Positions 38,215-50,279 of a DNA stretch of 64,000 nucleotides are shown piece by piece (positions within the stretch are counted from its first letter, which is position 1; each line of letters starts with the position of its first letter). The DNA comes from Macrostomum lignano (taxonomy: Eukaryota), in NCBI GenBank assembly GCA_002269645.1, contig NIVC01000493.1:434001-498000 (forward strand). Reading direction: 5' to 3'. Position numbers and translations under genes: made by a program. Below the pieces are notes generated by a model. It saw only the letters and a program-made list of their open reading frames with translations. It was not told where the DNA came from and searched no databases.

Positions 38215-39060
38215 TCCTAATCCCCTGCTTCATAATCCCCTGCTTCATAATAAACTGCTTCATAATCCCCTGCTTCATAATCCCCTGCTTCATAATAAAC
38301 TGCTTCATAATCCTCTGCTTCATGATCACCTGCTTCATAATCCCCTACTTCATAATCCCCTGCTTCATAATCCCCTGCTTCATAATAAACTACTTCATAA
38401 TCCCCTGCTTCATAATCCCCTGCTTCATAATAAACTACTTCATAATCCCCTACTTCATAATCCCCTACTTCATAATCCCTTGCTTCATGATCCCCTACTT
38501 CATAATCCCCTACTTCATAATCCCTTGCTTCATGATCCCCTACTTCATAATCCCCTACTTCATAATCACCTGCTTCATAATCCCCTGCTTCATAATCCCC
38601 TACTTCATAATTCCCTACTTCATAATCCCCTACTTCATAATCCCCTACTTCATAATCCCCTACTTCATAATCCCCTACTTCATAATCCCCTACTTCATAA
38701 TCCCCTACTTCATAATCCCCTACTTCATAATCCCTTGCTTCATGATCCCCTACTTCATAATCCCCTGCTTCATAATCCCCTGCTTCATAATAAACTACTT
38801 CATAATCACTTGCTTCATGATCACCTGCTTCATAATCCCCTACTTCATAATCCCCTGCTTCATAATCCCCTACTTCATAATCCCCTACTTCATAATCCCT
38901 TGCTTCATGATCTCCTACTTCATAATCCTCTACTTCATAATCCCCTGCTTCATAGTCCCCGACTTCAGAATCCCCGACTTCAGAATCCCCTACTTCATAA
39001 TCCCCTAATTCATAATCCCCTGCTTCATAATAAACTACTTCATAATCCCCTGCTTCTATC
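38215..39060. repeat. Intronic 15-bp minisatellite (CATAATCCCCTACTT)n
   Basis: About 55 copies; explains the IIPYF and LLHNP ORFs. Confidence 0.97.
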
Positions 39061-39619
39061 TCTCCTCATGATTCCCTTCTCCATAATCTCCTAATTCTAT
39101 GACCCCCTAACTTCATAATCCGAACACTTTGTAGTCAGCAAAGTTAATCAACCATAACCTTTATATTATCCAATCTGTTTAATTGGTTTTCAGATCTAGC
39201 TCCCAGCTAGTGAAAGTATTGGCCCCTTATATATCGAGCAATAAAGAATTGTATTTATTAATATATTCCTTCCAGATTAAAGCTATACTTACCGCTGCTA
39301 GTAGTATATATCGGTCAAAGTATCCCTATTCACACCTCCGGCCTACCTTTGCCCATTGCACTCAGCGAACTTGACTGGACTGCGGGAGTGGCGAGAGCAG
39401 TTGACCCCAATCCGCCCCCTACTCCCCTGCCTCTGTGCCCGGCGCTTTGCTTTAGGTTATAAAAATACCTGCGGCTGTCCAAGCCATTAACTGGCCTAAT
39501 TTTGCCACTAAACAAATAAACACAGATTTAAAGAGATTCACTTAGCGTTAAACAATAAATTGTCAAGGGACTGCATTGGCAAATATTTTCGTTTCCACTT
39601 GGTAAGACGTGCATGGAGT

Positions 39620-39802
39620 ATTAGTTATTTGTTAGTTAATTGAACAGTTAGTTAATATATTAGTTATGTAACTAGCTAGTTAGTTAGTTAATTGGTTAGT
39701 TAATTAGTTAGTTAGTTAGTTAGTAAGTAAGTTAGTGAATTAGTGAATTGGTTAGTTAATAAGTTAGTAAGTTAGTTAGTTAGTTAGTTAGTTAATTATT
39801 TC

Positions 39803-39838
<36 letters not shown>

Positions 39839-39859
39839 TTTATTTCGTTAGTTAGTTAT

Positions 39860-39910
<51 letters not shown>

Positions 39911-39994
39911 TTTAGTTAGTTAGTTAGTTATTTAGTTAGTTAGTTGGTTAGTTAGTTAGTTAGTTGGTTAGTTAGTTAGTTAGTTATTTATTTC

Positions 39995-40034
<40 letters not shown>

Positions 40035-40035
40035 T

Positions 40036-40082
<47 letters not shown>

Positions 40083-40175
40083 TTTAGTTATTTAGTTAGT
40101 TATTTAGTTATTTAGTTAGTTAGTTATTTAGTTAGTTAGTTAGTTATTTAGTTAGTTAGTTAGATAGTTATTTAT

Positions 40176-40214
<39 letters not shown>

Positions 40215-40240
40215 ATTGGTTAGTTAATAAGTTAGTAAGT
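39620..40240. repeat. Intronic (TTAG)n microsatellite
   Basis: Read directly. Confidence 0.97.
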
Positions 40241-40254
40241 TAGTGGGTTTGTCA

Positions 40255-40380
40255 GTCGTCAAGCCCATTCCGCTGACTCCTGAAGACACGCACAGATATG
40301 TACGCAGGCACGCGCTCACACAGGGTGTACAGCGGCCGTGACTTTCTGGCATGTACACTCTCTGCGCCTTGGGGGTAGGC
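40255..40380 (-). repeat. Dispersed repeat, copy 3 (inverted, intronic)
   Basis: Reverse complement matches 19615-19770. Confidence 0.75.
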
Positions 40381-40517
40381 CGCAAAGTTATTGAGCTATT
40401 GGAGAGTCGGGCGCCTTACAGCTGAGCTGCAATCGCAAGTGTTTCGCCTTTGCAGCTCTAAACTTTTAAATTGGGAAATTTCTAATTTCTTTCCCGCTCC
40501 CCTCATCTCCTTGGCAG

Positions 40518-41409
40518 AATCCGCAGGCTGTCGCTGACGGAGCCGCAGCCAGCGCATCGAATGGCGCCGCCTGGCAGCTCTGGCGCCGACGCCGCCGACT
40601 CCGCTGCCAGTTCGTCTTCGAAGGAGGCGCCGCCGCGGCTGATGGTCGACAGCAAAGACGACAACGACGGCGACCCGACGACGTCTACAGCAGTTCCCAC
40701 CACCGGAGTTGTCGTTGTTGTGGCGCCGCAGGCGGACGAGTCCTGCCCTGAGTTGCCGGCCGCTCCCTCCGTATCGCCTGCCGGGGTTGCCGAGCCGCCA
40801 GTTCTGGTTGTCAATGGCGACATCAGCTTGGCAACAACTGCCATGCCGACGCTGCCGCCGCCGGCTGCTGCTGCTGCTGCGGCGATTCGCACCTTCGCCT
40901 CGGCTTCAACATCGCCTTCGCCGTCGTCGCCTGCTGTATCGGCTACGACAATCTCTGTCGGTTCCATCGTCGGCGCTGTTGTTGCTTCTTCGTCAGAGGA
41001 GGCGTCGTCAACTGCGGCTGCTCAGTCGCAGGTGCAGCAGCAGCCACAGCAGCAGCAACAGCCGCCATCTCCTCACGTCAAGCTGTCCCGTCAATCGTCT
41101 ACTAATTCTTCCCAGCAGCAGCAGTCGCATCACAGCAGGTCGCGCGAGGAGAAACAGAAAGAGAGGCAGCGCCGGCGCGAGGCGCAGATGTGGCGCCGGC
41201 ACCAGATGGAGCTGCAGCTGAAGCAGCGGGGCATCGCGGTCAGTCCGTGTGGCCGGTGGATTAAGCATAATTTAAAGTGCGGCGAAGGCGCCTACAAACG
41301 AGTGTACAGGGGCTACGATCGGGAGCAGGGCCGGCCCATAGCCTGGTGCGAGCTCAAGTACCAGGTTGGGAAGGACAAACCGGCCGAGAGGGATCAGGTT
41401 CGCAAAGAG
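40518..41409 (+). CDS. WNK: WNK-family Ser/Thr kinase, exon 2 (N-terminal low complexity, Q-rich/coiled coil, kinase subdomains I-III)
   Basis: SPCGRWIKHNLKCGEGAYKRVYRGYD..IAWCEL shows the WNK signature: Lys in the Gly-loop and Cys in subdomain II. Acceptor TTGGCAG at 40517, donor GAG|GTGAGA at 41410. Confidence 0.9.
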
Positions 41410-41469
41410 GTGAGATCCTATCTTTTTTGTGAGACTCTACAATTTTTACAAATAATCCTTCACAATCCC

Positions 41470-41925
41470 TTTCCTAAAGATCTTAATCCTTAAAATATCA
41501 ATCCCTAGAATCCCAATCACTAAAATACCAATCCCTAGAATCCCAATCACTAAAATACCAATCCCTAGAATCCCAATCGCTAAAATCCCAATCCCTAGAA
41601 TCCCAATCCCTAAAATCCGAATCCCTAAAATTCGAATCCCTAAAATCACAATCCCTAAAATCCCAATCCCTAGAATCCCCATCCCTAAAATCACAATCCC
41701 TAGAATCCCGATCCCTAAAATCCCAATCCCTAAAATCCGAATCCCTAAAATCACAATCCCTAAAATCACAATCTCTAGAATCCCAATCCCTAAAATCACA
41801 ATCCCTAGAATCCCGATCCCTAAAATCCCAATCCGTAAAATCCGAATCCCTAAAATCACAATCCCTAAAATCACAATCTCTAGAATCCCAATCTTCAAAA
41901 TCACAATCCTTAAAATTGCTAACCT
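41470..41925. repeat. Intronic 15-bp minisatellite (AATCCCTAAAATCCC)n
   Basis: About 30 copies filling intron 41410-41944. Confidence 0.97.
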
Positions 41926-41944
41926 CAAACCCGCCAACTCGCAG

Positions 41945-42210
41945 GTTGAGATGATGATCAAGTGCGAGCACCCCAACATAGTCCGCTATTATGACTTGCT
42001 CGACTGCTATTTTGAACTAGACGAGAACGGCGAGAGAGGCGAGAAAGTGAAAGCCACCGTGATTGTCACCGAGTTCATGAGCGAGGGCACGCTCAAGGAG
42101 AAGATGAAGACTTTCTATAATGAGCAGACCAGAGAGGCTGTGGTTGAGTTCAGCGTGTTTCAGTCCTGGATGCAGCAGATTCTCGAGGGACTGAGGCACA
42201 TGCATCACAA
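41945..42210 (+). CDS. WNK: WNK-family kinase, exon 3 (subdomains III-VIa)
   Basis: VEMMIKCEHPNIVRYYD..IVTEFMSEGTLK..WMQQILEGLRHMH; canonical AG/GT, phases 0 to 2. Confidence 0.92.
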
Positions 42211-42289
42211 GTGAGTTTGGTTTAGATGCTTTTGTTGGACTTTAAATTTAACCTTCATCATCACCAAACACCAGACAAACCTTCAAAAA

Positions 42290-42770
42290 CTGAATCTCAC
42301 CAGCCCGAATCTTCACCAACCCGAATCTTCACCAGCCCGAATCTTCACCAACCCGAATCTTCACCAACCCGAATCTTCACCGACCTGAATCTTCACCAAC
42401 CTGAATCTTCACCAGCCCGAATCTTCACTTCACCAACCCGAATCTTCACCAACCCGACTCTTTACCAACCCGAATCTTCACCAACCCGAATCTTTACCAA
42501 ACTGAATATTTACTAACCCGAATCTTCACCAAACTGAATATTTACCAACCCGAATCTTCACCAACCTGAATATTTACCAACCCGAATCTTCACCAACCTG
42601 ATTATTTACCAACCTGAATCTTCACCAACCCGAATCTTTACCAACCCGAATCTCTCACCAACCCGAATCTCTCACCAACCCGAATCTTCAACCTGAATCT
42701 GCAACCCAAATTTTCACCAACCCGAATCCGAATTTTCACTAAAAATACTTACTAACTCGAATCTTCACGG
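42290..42770. repeat. Intronic 16-bp minisatellite (CTTCACCAACCCGAAT)n
   Basis: Read directly. Confidence 0.93.
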
Positions 42771-43649
42771 AACCAAAGCTTTAAAATCTTCACAATTGTG
42801 AATCTGTACAAGCCATGGTGACCAAAACCCGAATATTCACATTCACATTCACACGCTGGCTAATAATCCAGCCTAAGTTGAAACTGTATTTGCAAAATTT
42901 CTGCTTCAATATTTCATGGTGATAAGGCTACTTTTGAACACCCCGCTTACTTGCTTTGCCCTTATTTGTCTGTGTATTATCGACAATTTGGCAACTGAAT
43001 TGTGTGAAATATTGTAACAAATTATGAAAATTTAATTCAAAAGTCCAAATTTCAGTATGCCAAAATTAAAAGTTGGTGTGTCATGACACACGTTATGAAA
43101 CATAAACCAGGGCTGTTGTACATGTCCCTGTACTCTGCACCTTGGGCTGGGGGGGGGGCTTGGCGACAATTCTTTAGCTGTATAATTGATAAGAATTTCT
43201 TTTAGCTAGACTGCGCACTTGAAATCAAACTGGATAGATATTTAGATAGATTATTGCATTATAGGCCGTACCAGTGCAGTCTTCTCAGTCTTAGGCATTG
43301 AGAAGATAAACTAAGTCGCGTGACTACAGCCGAGAAATTGTGAGAGCGCGTTGTTTTTTTACAACTGTGCACTATTAGGCCATTTTGTTAGTTTCAAAGC
43401 GTTGCTTTGACCCTGCTATTGCGCATTTATTTGTCTTCTTAACTAGTTGGTTGGGCTCATTGCTCATGGCTTCACTAGCTCATTAATAATGCTACACTTC
43501 ATGGAATTTTTGAGCTCCTAGAACTGAACATGCTTTATTTGATTTCATTTGCATTATTTAGCAAAATAATACTGCATTTCTATTATACAAAAATCACCAG
43601 TATTTGCGCAAGTAAAATAAAAAATAAGTCTTTGTTTAATCCGTAGCAA

Positions 43650-44030
43650 CGAATCTTCATGAGTATTTCTAAATGAGTATTGTTTCCTCGTGTTTCTAAT
43701 TGAGTCTTTGTTCCATCATGTTTCTAAATGAGTCATTGTTTCATCGTGTTTCTAAATGAGTCTTTCATCATGTTTCTAAATAAGTCTTTGTTCCATCATG
43801 TTTCTAAATGAATCTTTGTTTCCTCGTGTTTCTAAATGGATCTTTGTTTCATTTTGTTTCTAAATAGGTCTTTGTTTCATGTTTCTAAATGAATATTTGT
43901 TTCATCATGTTTCTAAATAGGTCTTTGTTTCATCGTGCTCCTAAATAAGTCAGTTTCATTATGTTTCTCAATTAGTTTTTGTTTAATACTTCAGAATCAG
44001 TCTTCGTCTCATCCCGGAGAAAGAGTCTTT
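43650..44030. repeat. Intronic degenerate ~28-29-bp repeat (TGTTTCTAAATGAGTCTTTGTTTCATC-like)
   Basis: TGTTTCTAAAT recurs about 11 times. Confidence 0.8.
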
Positions 44031-44167
44031 ATTATTTGAACATGAATTAACAAAACGAATGTAGGGTTTTCCAATATAGGACTGGTCTTTGTTTAAATAG
44101 TTTCACGTAAATATTTTTATATCTTTTAATGAGTTGTAACTATTTTGCCGATTTCCTTTAATCGCAG

Positions 44168-44497
44168 AATGAACCCGCCAGTGATCCACCGCGACCTCAA
44201 GCCGGAGAACGTGTTCATAGCCGATGGCGAGAATCCTGACGAATATTATAACATCAAAATTGGCGACTTCGGCCTGGCCACTGCCAAGACTCAGAGCCGC
44301 AAGACCATGCTGGGCACTCTGGGCTACATGGCTCCGGAGATGCTGCAGGAGCGATACGACGAGAAAGTCGACATATTCGCCTTTGGCCTGCTCATGGTGG
44401 AGCTGGTCACCAACTGTGTGCCGTATCAGGAGTGCCAGAACTTTATGGATGTCTGGCAAAGGATTGCTAGCACCACTCCGCCTCAGGTGCTGAACAG
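44168..44497 (+). CDS. WNK: WNK-family kinase, exon 4 (catalytic loop to subdomain X)
   Basis: MNPPVIHRDLKPENVFI..KIGDFGLA..GTLGYMAPE..YDEKVDIFAFG..PYQEC; phases 2 to 2. Confidence 0.95.
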
Positions 44498-44514
44498 GTG
44501 AGAATTGATTGGCA

Positions 44515-46680
44515 ACTAGTTTGCATCTAGCCAGTATCTAGTTTGCATCTAGTCAGTATCTATTTTGCATCTAGTCAGTATCTAGTTTGCATTTAGTCAG
44601 TATCTAGTTTGCATCTAGTCAGTATCTAGTTTGCATCTAGTCAGTATCTAGTTTGCATCTAGTCAGTATCTAGTTTGCATCTAGTCAGTATCTAGTTTGC
44701 ATCTAGTCAGTATCTAGTTTGCATCTAGTCAGTATCTAGTTTGCATCTAGTCAGTATCTAGTTTGCATCTAGTCAGTATCTAGTTTGCATCTAGTCATCT
44801 AGATCTAGTTTGCATCTAGTCAGTATCTATTTTGCATCTAGTCAGTATCTAGTTTGCATTTAGTCAGTATCTAGTTTGCATCTAGTCAGTATCTATTTTG
44901 CATCTGGTCATCTAGATCTAGTTTGCATCTAGTCAGTATCTATTTTGCATCTAGTCAGTATCTATTTTGCATCTAGTCAGTATCTAGTTTGCATTTAGTC
45001 AGCATCTAGTTTGCATCTAGTCAGTATCTAGTTTGCATCTAGTCAGTATCTAGTTTGCATCTAGTCAGTATCTAGTTTGCATCTAGTCAGTATCTAGTTT
45101 GCATCTAGTCAGTATCTAGTTTGCATCTAGTCAGTATCTAGTTTGCATCTAGTCATCTAGATCTAGTTTGCATCTAGTCAGTATCTATTTTGCATCTAGT
45201 CAGTATCTATTTTGCATTTAGTCAGTATCTAGTTTGCATCTAGTCAGTATCTATTTTGCATCTAGTCATCTAGATCTAGTTTGCATCTAGCCAGTATCTA
45301 GTTTGCATCTAGTCAGTATCTATTTTGCATCTAGTCAGTATCTAGTTTGCATTTAGTCAGTATCTAGTTTGCATCTAGTCAGTATCTAGTTTGCATCTAG
45401 TCAGTATCTAGTTTGCATCTAGTCAGTATCTAGTTTGCATCTAGTCAGTATCTAGTTTGCATCTAGTCATCTAGATCTAGTTTGCATCTAGTCAGTATCT
45501 ATTTTGCATCTAGTCAGTATCTATTTTGCATCGAGTCAGTATCTATTTTGCATCTAGTCAGTATCTATTTTGCATCTAGTCAGTATCTAGTTTGCATCTA
45601 GTCAGTATCTATTTTGCATCTAGTCAGTATCTAGTTTGCATCTAGTCAGTATCTAGTTTGCATCTAGTCAGTATCTATTTTGCATCTAGTCAGTATCTAG
45701 TTTGCATTTAGTCAGTATCTAGTTTGCATCTAGTCAGTATCTAGTTTGCATCAAGTCAGTATCTAGTTTGCATCTAGTCAGTATCTAGTTTGCATCTAGT
45801 CAGTATCTAGTTTGCATCTAGTCAGTATCTAGTTTGCATCTAGTCATCTAGATCTAGTTTGCATCTAGTCAGTATCTATTTTGCATCTAGTCAGTATCTA
45901 TTTTGCATCGAGTCAGTATCTATTTTGCATCTAGTCAGTATCTATTTTGCATCTAGTCAGTATCTAGTTTGCATCTAGTCAGTATCTATTTTGCATCTAG
46001 TCAGTATCTAGTTTGCATCTAGTCAGTATCTAGTTTGCATCTAGTCAGTATCTATTTTGCATCTAGTCAGTATCTAGTTTGCATTTAGTCAGTATCTAGT
46101 TTGCATCTAGTCAGTATCTAGTTTGCATCAAGTCAGTATCTAGTTTGCATCTAGTCAGTATCTAGTTTGCATCTAGTCAGTATCTAGTTTGCATCTAGTC
46201 AGTATCTAGTTTGCATCTAGTCAGTATCTATTTTGCATCTAGTCAGTATCTATTTTGCATCTAGTCAGTATCTAGTTTGCATCTAGTCAGTATCTAGTTT
46301 GCATCTAGTCAGTATCTAGTTTGCATCTAGTCAGTATCTAGTTTGCATCTAGTCAGTATCTAGTTTGCATCTAGTCAGTATCTAGTTTGCATCTAGTCAG
46401 TATCTAGTTTGCATCTAGTCATCTAGATCTAGTTTGCATCTAGTCATCATCTAGATCTAGTTTGCATCTAGTCATCATCTAGATCTAGTTTGCATCTAGT
46501 CATCATCTAGATCTAGTTTGCATCTAGTCATCATCTAGATCTAGTTTGCATCTAGTCATCATCTAGATCTAGTTTGCATCTAGTCATCATCTAGATCTAG
46601 TTTGCATCTAGTCATCATCTAGATCTAGTTTGCATCTAGTCATCATCTAGATCTAGTTTGCATCTAGTCATCATCTAGTT
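44515..46680. repeat. Intronic 22-bp minisatellite (TAGTTTGCATCTAGTCAGTATC)n, ~98 copies
   Basis: Starts 17 nt after the donor; its 3' end shifts to a CATCATCTAGATC variant. Confidence 0.97.
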
Positions 46681-46786
46681 GACAACTAGTTGACAGCTGA
46701 ATGTCTAGGTGACAACTAGTCTCGTGATCTATTCAACATCTATTATCCATAGGCATTCGATCCCACCCGCCTTCTCTGCAAATCAG

Positions 46787-47330
46787 GCTGGAGAATCCGG
46801 AAATCCGGGACATATTTTTCACGTGCACGCATCCGCTGCCGGATTTCCGGCCCACTTCCGAGGAGCTGCTCTCGTTGCAAATCTTCAATCTGAAGCCGAT
46901 CCCAGTTCAGGTGCAGTTGGTCCGCCTGTCCCAGACAGTCCGCTGGCAGGACGAGGATACCGTGTCGCCGACTCAGCCGACGGTAGCCGCCGCCCAGCAA
47001 CAAATATCTGGCACTTCTTCGACGGCCAGGCATCGGGCCTTGTCGGCCGACGTCGAGTACGTCGGCGATCCCGGTCGTTACTATCACGTGGCCGACTTTC
47101 GTCTGGTGGTGAACGATCGAGCGCTGCAGCAGCAGATGCGAATCCTGCCCGGTGTCGGATTCGAATTCCAGCTCGACTGCTTCATCGATGAGGATTTGGA
47201 GAATGTCGTTAATTCGTTTGCCGATTTGGCCGAGTCGGACGCGCCGGGGCTCAGCGCCGATCAGCTGCGTCGGCTGCGACAGAAGGTGGTGAACAGCGTC
47301 AGAAACCAACTGCTGTACTACCGGAAGAAG
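46787..47330 (+). CDS. WNK: WNK-family kinase, exon 5 (subdomain XI plus autoinhibitory/CCT-like domain)
   Basis: Acceptor AAATCAG at 46786 gives R-LENPEIRDIFFTC..RPTSEELL; then FRLVV..FEFQLDCFIDEDLENVV, resembling the WNK autoinhibitory domain; donor at 47331. Confidence 0.85.
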
Positions 47331-47344
47331 GTGCGATATTCTTG

Positions 47345-47885
47345 GGATAATCTAGCCCATGTGGATTAGGGATAGAATGGATTGCTAATCTAGCCCATGT
47401 GGATTAGGGATAGAATGGATTGCTAATCTAGCCCATGTGGATTAGGGATAGAATGGATTGCTAATCTAGCCCATGTGGATTAGGGATAGAATGGATTGCT
47501 AATCTAGCCCATGTGGATTAGGGATAGAATGGATTGCTAATCTAGCTCATGTGGATTATGGATAGAATGGACTGCTAATCTAGCCCATGTGGATTAGGGA
47601 TAGAATGGATTGCTAATCTAGCTCATGTGGATTATGGATAGAATGGATTGCTAATATAGCTCACGTGGATTAGGGATAGAATGGATTGCTAATATAGCTC
47701 ACGTGGATTAGGGATAGAATGGATTGCTAATCTAGCCCATGTGGATTATGGATAGAATGGATTGCTAATCTAGCCAATGTGGATTAGGGATAGAATGGAT
47801 TGCTAATCTAGTCCATGTGGATTAGGGATAAAATGGATTGCTAATATAGCTCACGTGGATTAGGGATAGAATGGATTGCTAATCT
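47345..47885. repeat. Intronic 38-bp minisatellite (AATCTAGCCCATGTGGATTAGGGATAGAATGGATTGCT)n
   Basis: About 14 copies; period 38. Confidence 0.97.
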
Positions 47886-47941
47886 ATCCCAATCCAATAA
47901 CTTCAAGACATTCAAGCCCCATCCGAAACAATATCGCTCAG

Positions 47942-48446
47942 GTGCTAGCGGGCATCTGGAACTACTTCATGGACCTGATCCGCGACTCGGAGCCCGAGAA
48001 GGACAGCGAGCTGGACACCTGCATCGTTCGGCTCGGCCTGCAGGCGCGCCGATGGGCCGAAGCGAAACGGCGCGTCATCAAGGAGCGAGACGACTACAAC
48101 GGGCGCTGGGAGGAGGAGGCGGGCGGCGGCGGCAGTGGCGGCCAAGGCCAGGCCTCGCCTGCCACGGCTCCTTCGTCCGCGGCCGTCTCCAGGCAGGTCA
48201 GCCAGGTCGACTCGCAGTCGCAGCAGCAACAGCAACTGGCCGACTGTCTGTGCGAGCAGCCGCTGAACGAATCGCCAAAGGCGCCCGCTGATCAAAACTT
48301 TGGCTACTTTGGCGTGCCGGGCAGTCCGGGCTACCAGCCGCAGGTAGAAAGCTTGCCAGCCGCCATGTCTGCGTCCATGTCGGCCATTATGAACGGGCAG
48401 CACCATGGCAACGGGCTTCAGTACGACTTTTTAGCGTCTAATTCTT
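47942..48446 (+). CDS. WNK: WNK-family kinase, exon 6 (coiled coil plus low complexity)
   Basis: Acceptor CTCAG at 47941 (phase 0), donor T|GTGAGT at 48447 (phase 1); frame-consistent with both neighbours. Confidence 0.75.
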
Positions 48447-48494
48447 GTGAGTGTTGGATTTCATATTTATTCAAAATCATTGTATGTGACTGAG

Positions 48495-48880
48495 CTCCCA
48501 TTGAACCCATTTTATCCTGGTTTGGTATTTAAGGGGCTCTTAGCTCCCATTGATCCCCATTTTATCCCAATGTGGGATTTCAATGACTCTTAGCTCCCAT
48601 TGATCCCCATTTTATCCTATTGTGGGATTTAGTTGACTCTTAGCTCACATTGATCCCCATTTTATCCCGGTGCGGGATTTCAATGACTCTTAGCTCCCAT
48701 TGATCCCCATTTTATCCTATTGTGAGATTTAGTTGACTCTTAGCTCCCATTGATCCCCATTTTTTCCCAATGTGGGATTTCAATGACTCTTAGCTCCCAT
48801 TGATCCCCATTTTATCCTATTGTGGGATTTCAATGACTCTTAGCTTCCATTGATCCCCATTTTATCCCGGTGTGGGATCT
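48495..48880. repeat. Intronic 50-bp minisatellite (TAGCTCCCATTGATCCCCATTTTATCC..GGGATT..GACTCT)n
   Basis: About 8 copies; period measured 48541 to 48591. Confidence 0.95.
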
Positions 48881-48934
48881 GAATGCCTATAAGAGCAACT
48901 TATTTGAATGATCCCACATTCGGATTAATTTCAG

Positions 48935-49513
48935 TCATCTCAAGTTCCTCTGTGAACGCCACCGTGACCGCCACCGTGACGTCATCGCTGGTGGCGCCGG
49001 TCTCTGCTGACCTGCCATCCTCGCCGCTGTTGCTGTCTCTGGACGCCGGCGAAGCGGCTCTGTCGGCGCCGGTATCGCCTGCGGTCCGCTGTCGGAAGGA
49101 AAGCAGCGGCGCCAGTCAGCAGCGGCGCCGAGCGGAGTCGCCGGCGCCTCCGACCACGCCGACAGCCGCTCACCCGCTCAGCCAGCAGCGGCTCATGCAG
49201 CACTGGACAACGATGAGCTCCGGCTCCGCTCAGCTGCTCTTGCCGGGCCTGCCACCGCAGCCTCTGCCAGGACTTGAGGCCGGGCGTTGCCTTCTGCTCT
49301 GCCCGAGTGCGTCTGGAACGCAGGCGCCGGCCACCACCGTCACCTGCTTGGCCTTCGATGGCGGGCCGCAGATGCGTCTGGAAGACGTGCTAGCCGTGCT
49401 GTCCGCCGTGCAGGCGTCGGCATCGGCTGCGACTGCGACGAACGGTGCCGAGTGCGGCGACGTTCAACGGGCGGAGACTGACCAGGGTGCACCTGGCACT
49501 CCCACTGGCCTGG
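48935..49513 (+). CDS. WNK: WNK-family kinase, exon 7 (Ser/Ala/Pro-rich); gene continues, next exon unresolved
   Basis: Acceptor TTTCAG at 48934 (phase 1), donor G|GTGAGC at 49514; GC-rich open frame. Confidence 0.7.
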
Positions 49514-49544
49514 GTGAGCGCCTGTCCGCGTTTGGAGAGGGTGG

Positions 49545-49940
49545 GGAGAGCATTGGTCATGGGATGTGTAGGGAGCATTGGTCATGGGGTGTGTAGGGAG
49601 CATTGGTCATGGGGTGTGTAGGGAGCATTGGTCATGGGGTGTCTAGGGAGAATTGGTCATGTGGTGTGTAGGGAGCATTGGTCATGGGGTGTGTAGGGAG
49701 CATTGGTCATGGGGTGTCTAGGGAGAATTGGTCATGGAGTGTGTAGGGAGCATTGGTCATGGGGTGTGTAGGGAGAATTGGTCATGAGTGTGTAGGGAGT
49801 ATTGATCATGGAGTGTGTAGGGAGTATTGATCATGGAGTGTGTAGGGAGAATTGGTCATGAGTGTGTAGGGAGTATTGATCATGGAGTGTGTAGGGAGTA
49901 TTGATCATGGAGTGTATAGGGAGTATTGATCATGGAGTGT
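49545..49940. repeat. 25-bp minisatellite (GGGAGCATTGGTCATGGGGTGTGTA)n
   Basis: About 16 copies starting ~30 nt after the donor. Confidence 0.95.
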
Positions 49941-50279
49941 ATATTGCTCAACGGGATTTAGATAAATCTGAAATCTGAGCGCAGCTCGTATTTCTATGAA
50001 ACAATTTGCATTTCAGACGAATGGTTATCAGTTAATACAAGTGAATCCCAGCAACCTTTGTTGCCAGATCGTCTAGTGCTGAACCCGCCTAGTCACTCGC
50101 CAATGGGTATATCTAAAATTTTATATAGAGATTCTTGCCCTCTGTTTCATAGCAGGCATGCCAGTTTGTTGATATTTTGCTTTTGTAGTGTAGTTTAGTT
50201 TTATGCCCATGCCATCAATAACTGGTGCAATCATACTACCGATTTATTTCGTTCCTATTGTCTTAGCAGCATTGCAACA

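Noticed and set aside
46753-46786. Alternative acceptor CCATAG at 46752 for WNK exon 5
   Set aside because: It gives a frame without kinase subdomain XI; the acceptor at 46786 restores LENPEIRDIF..RPT..ELL.
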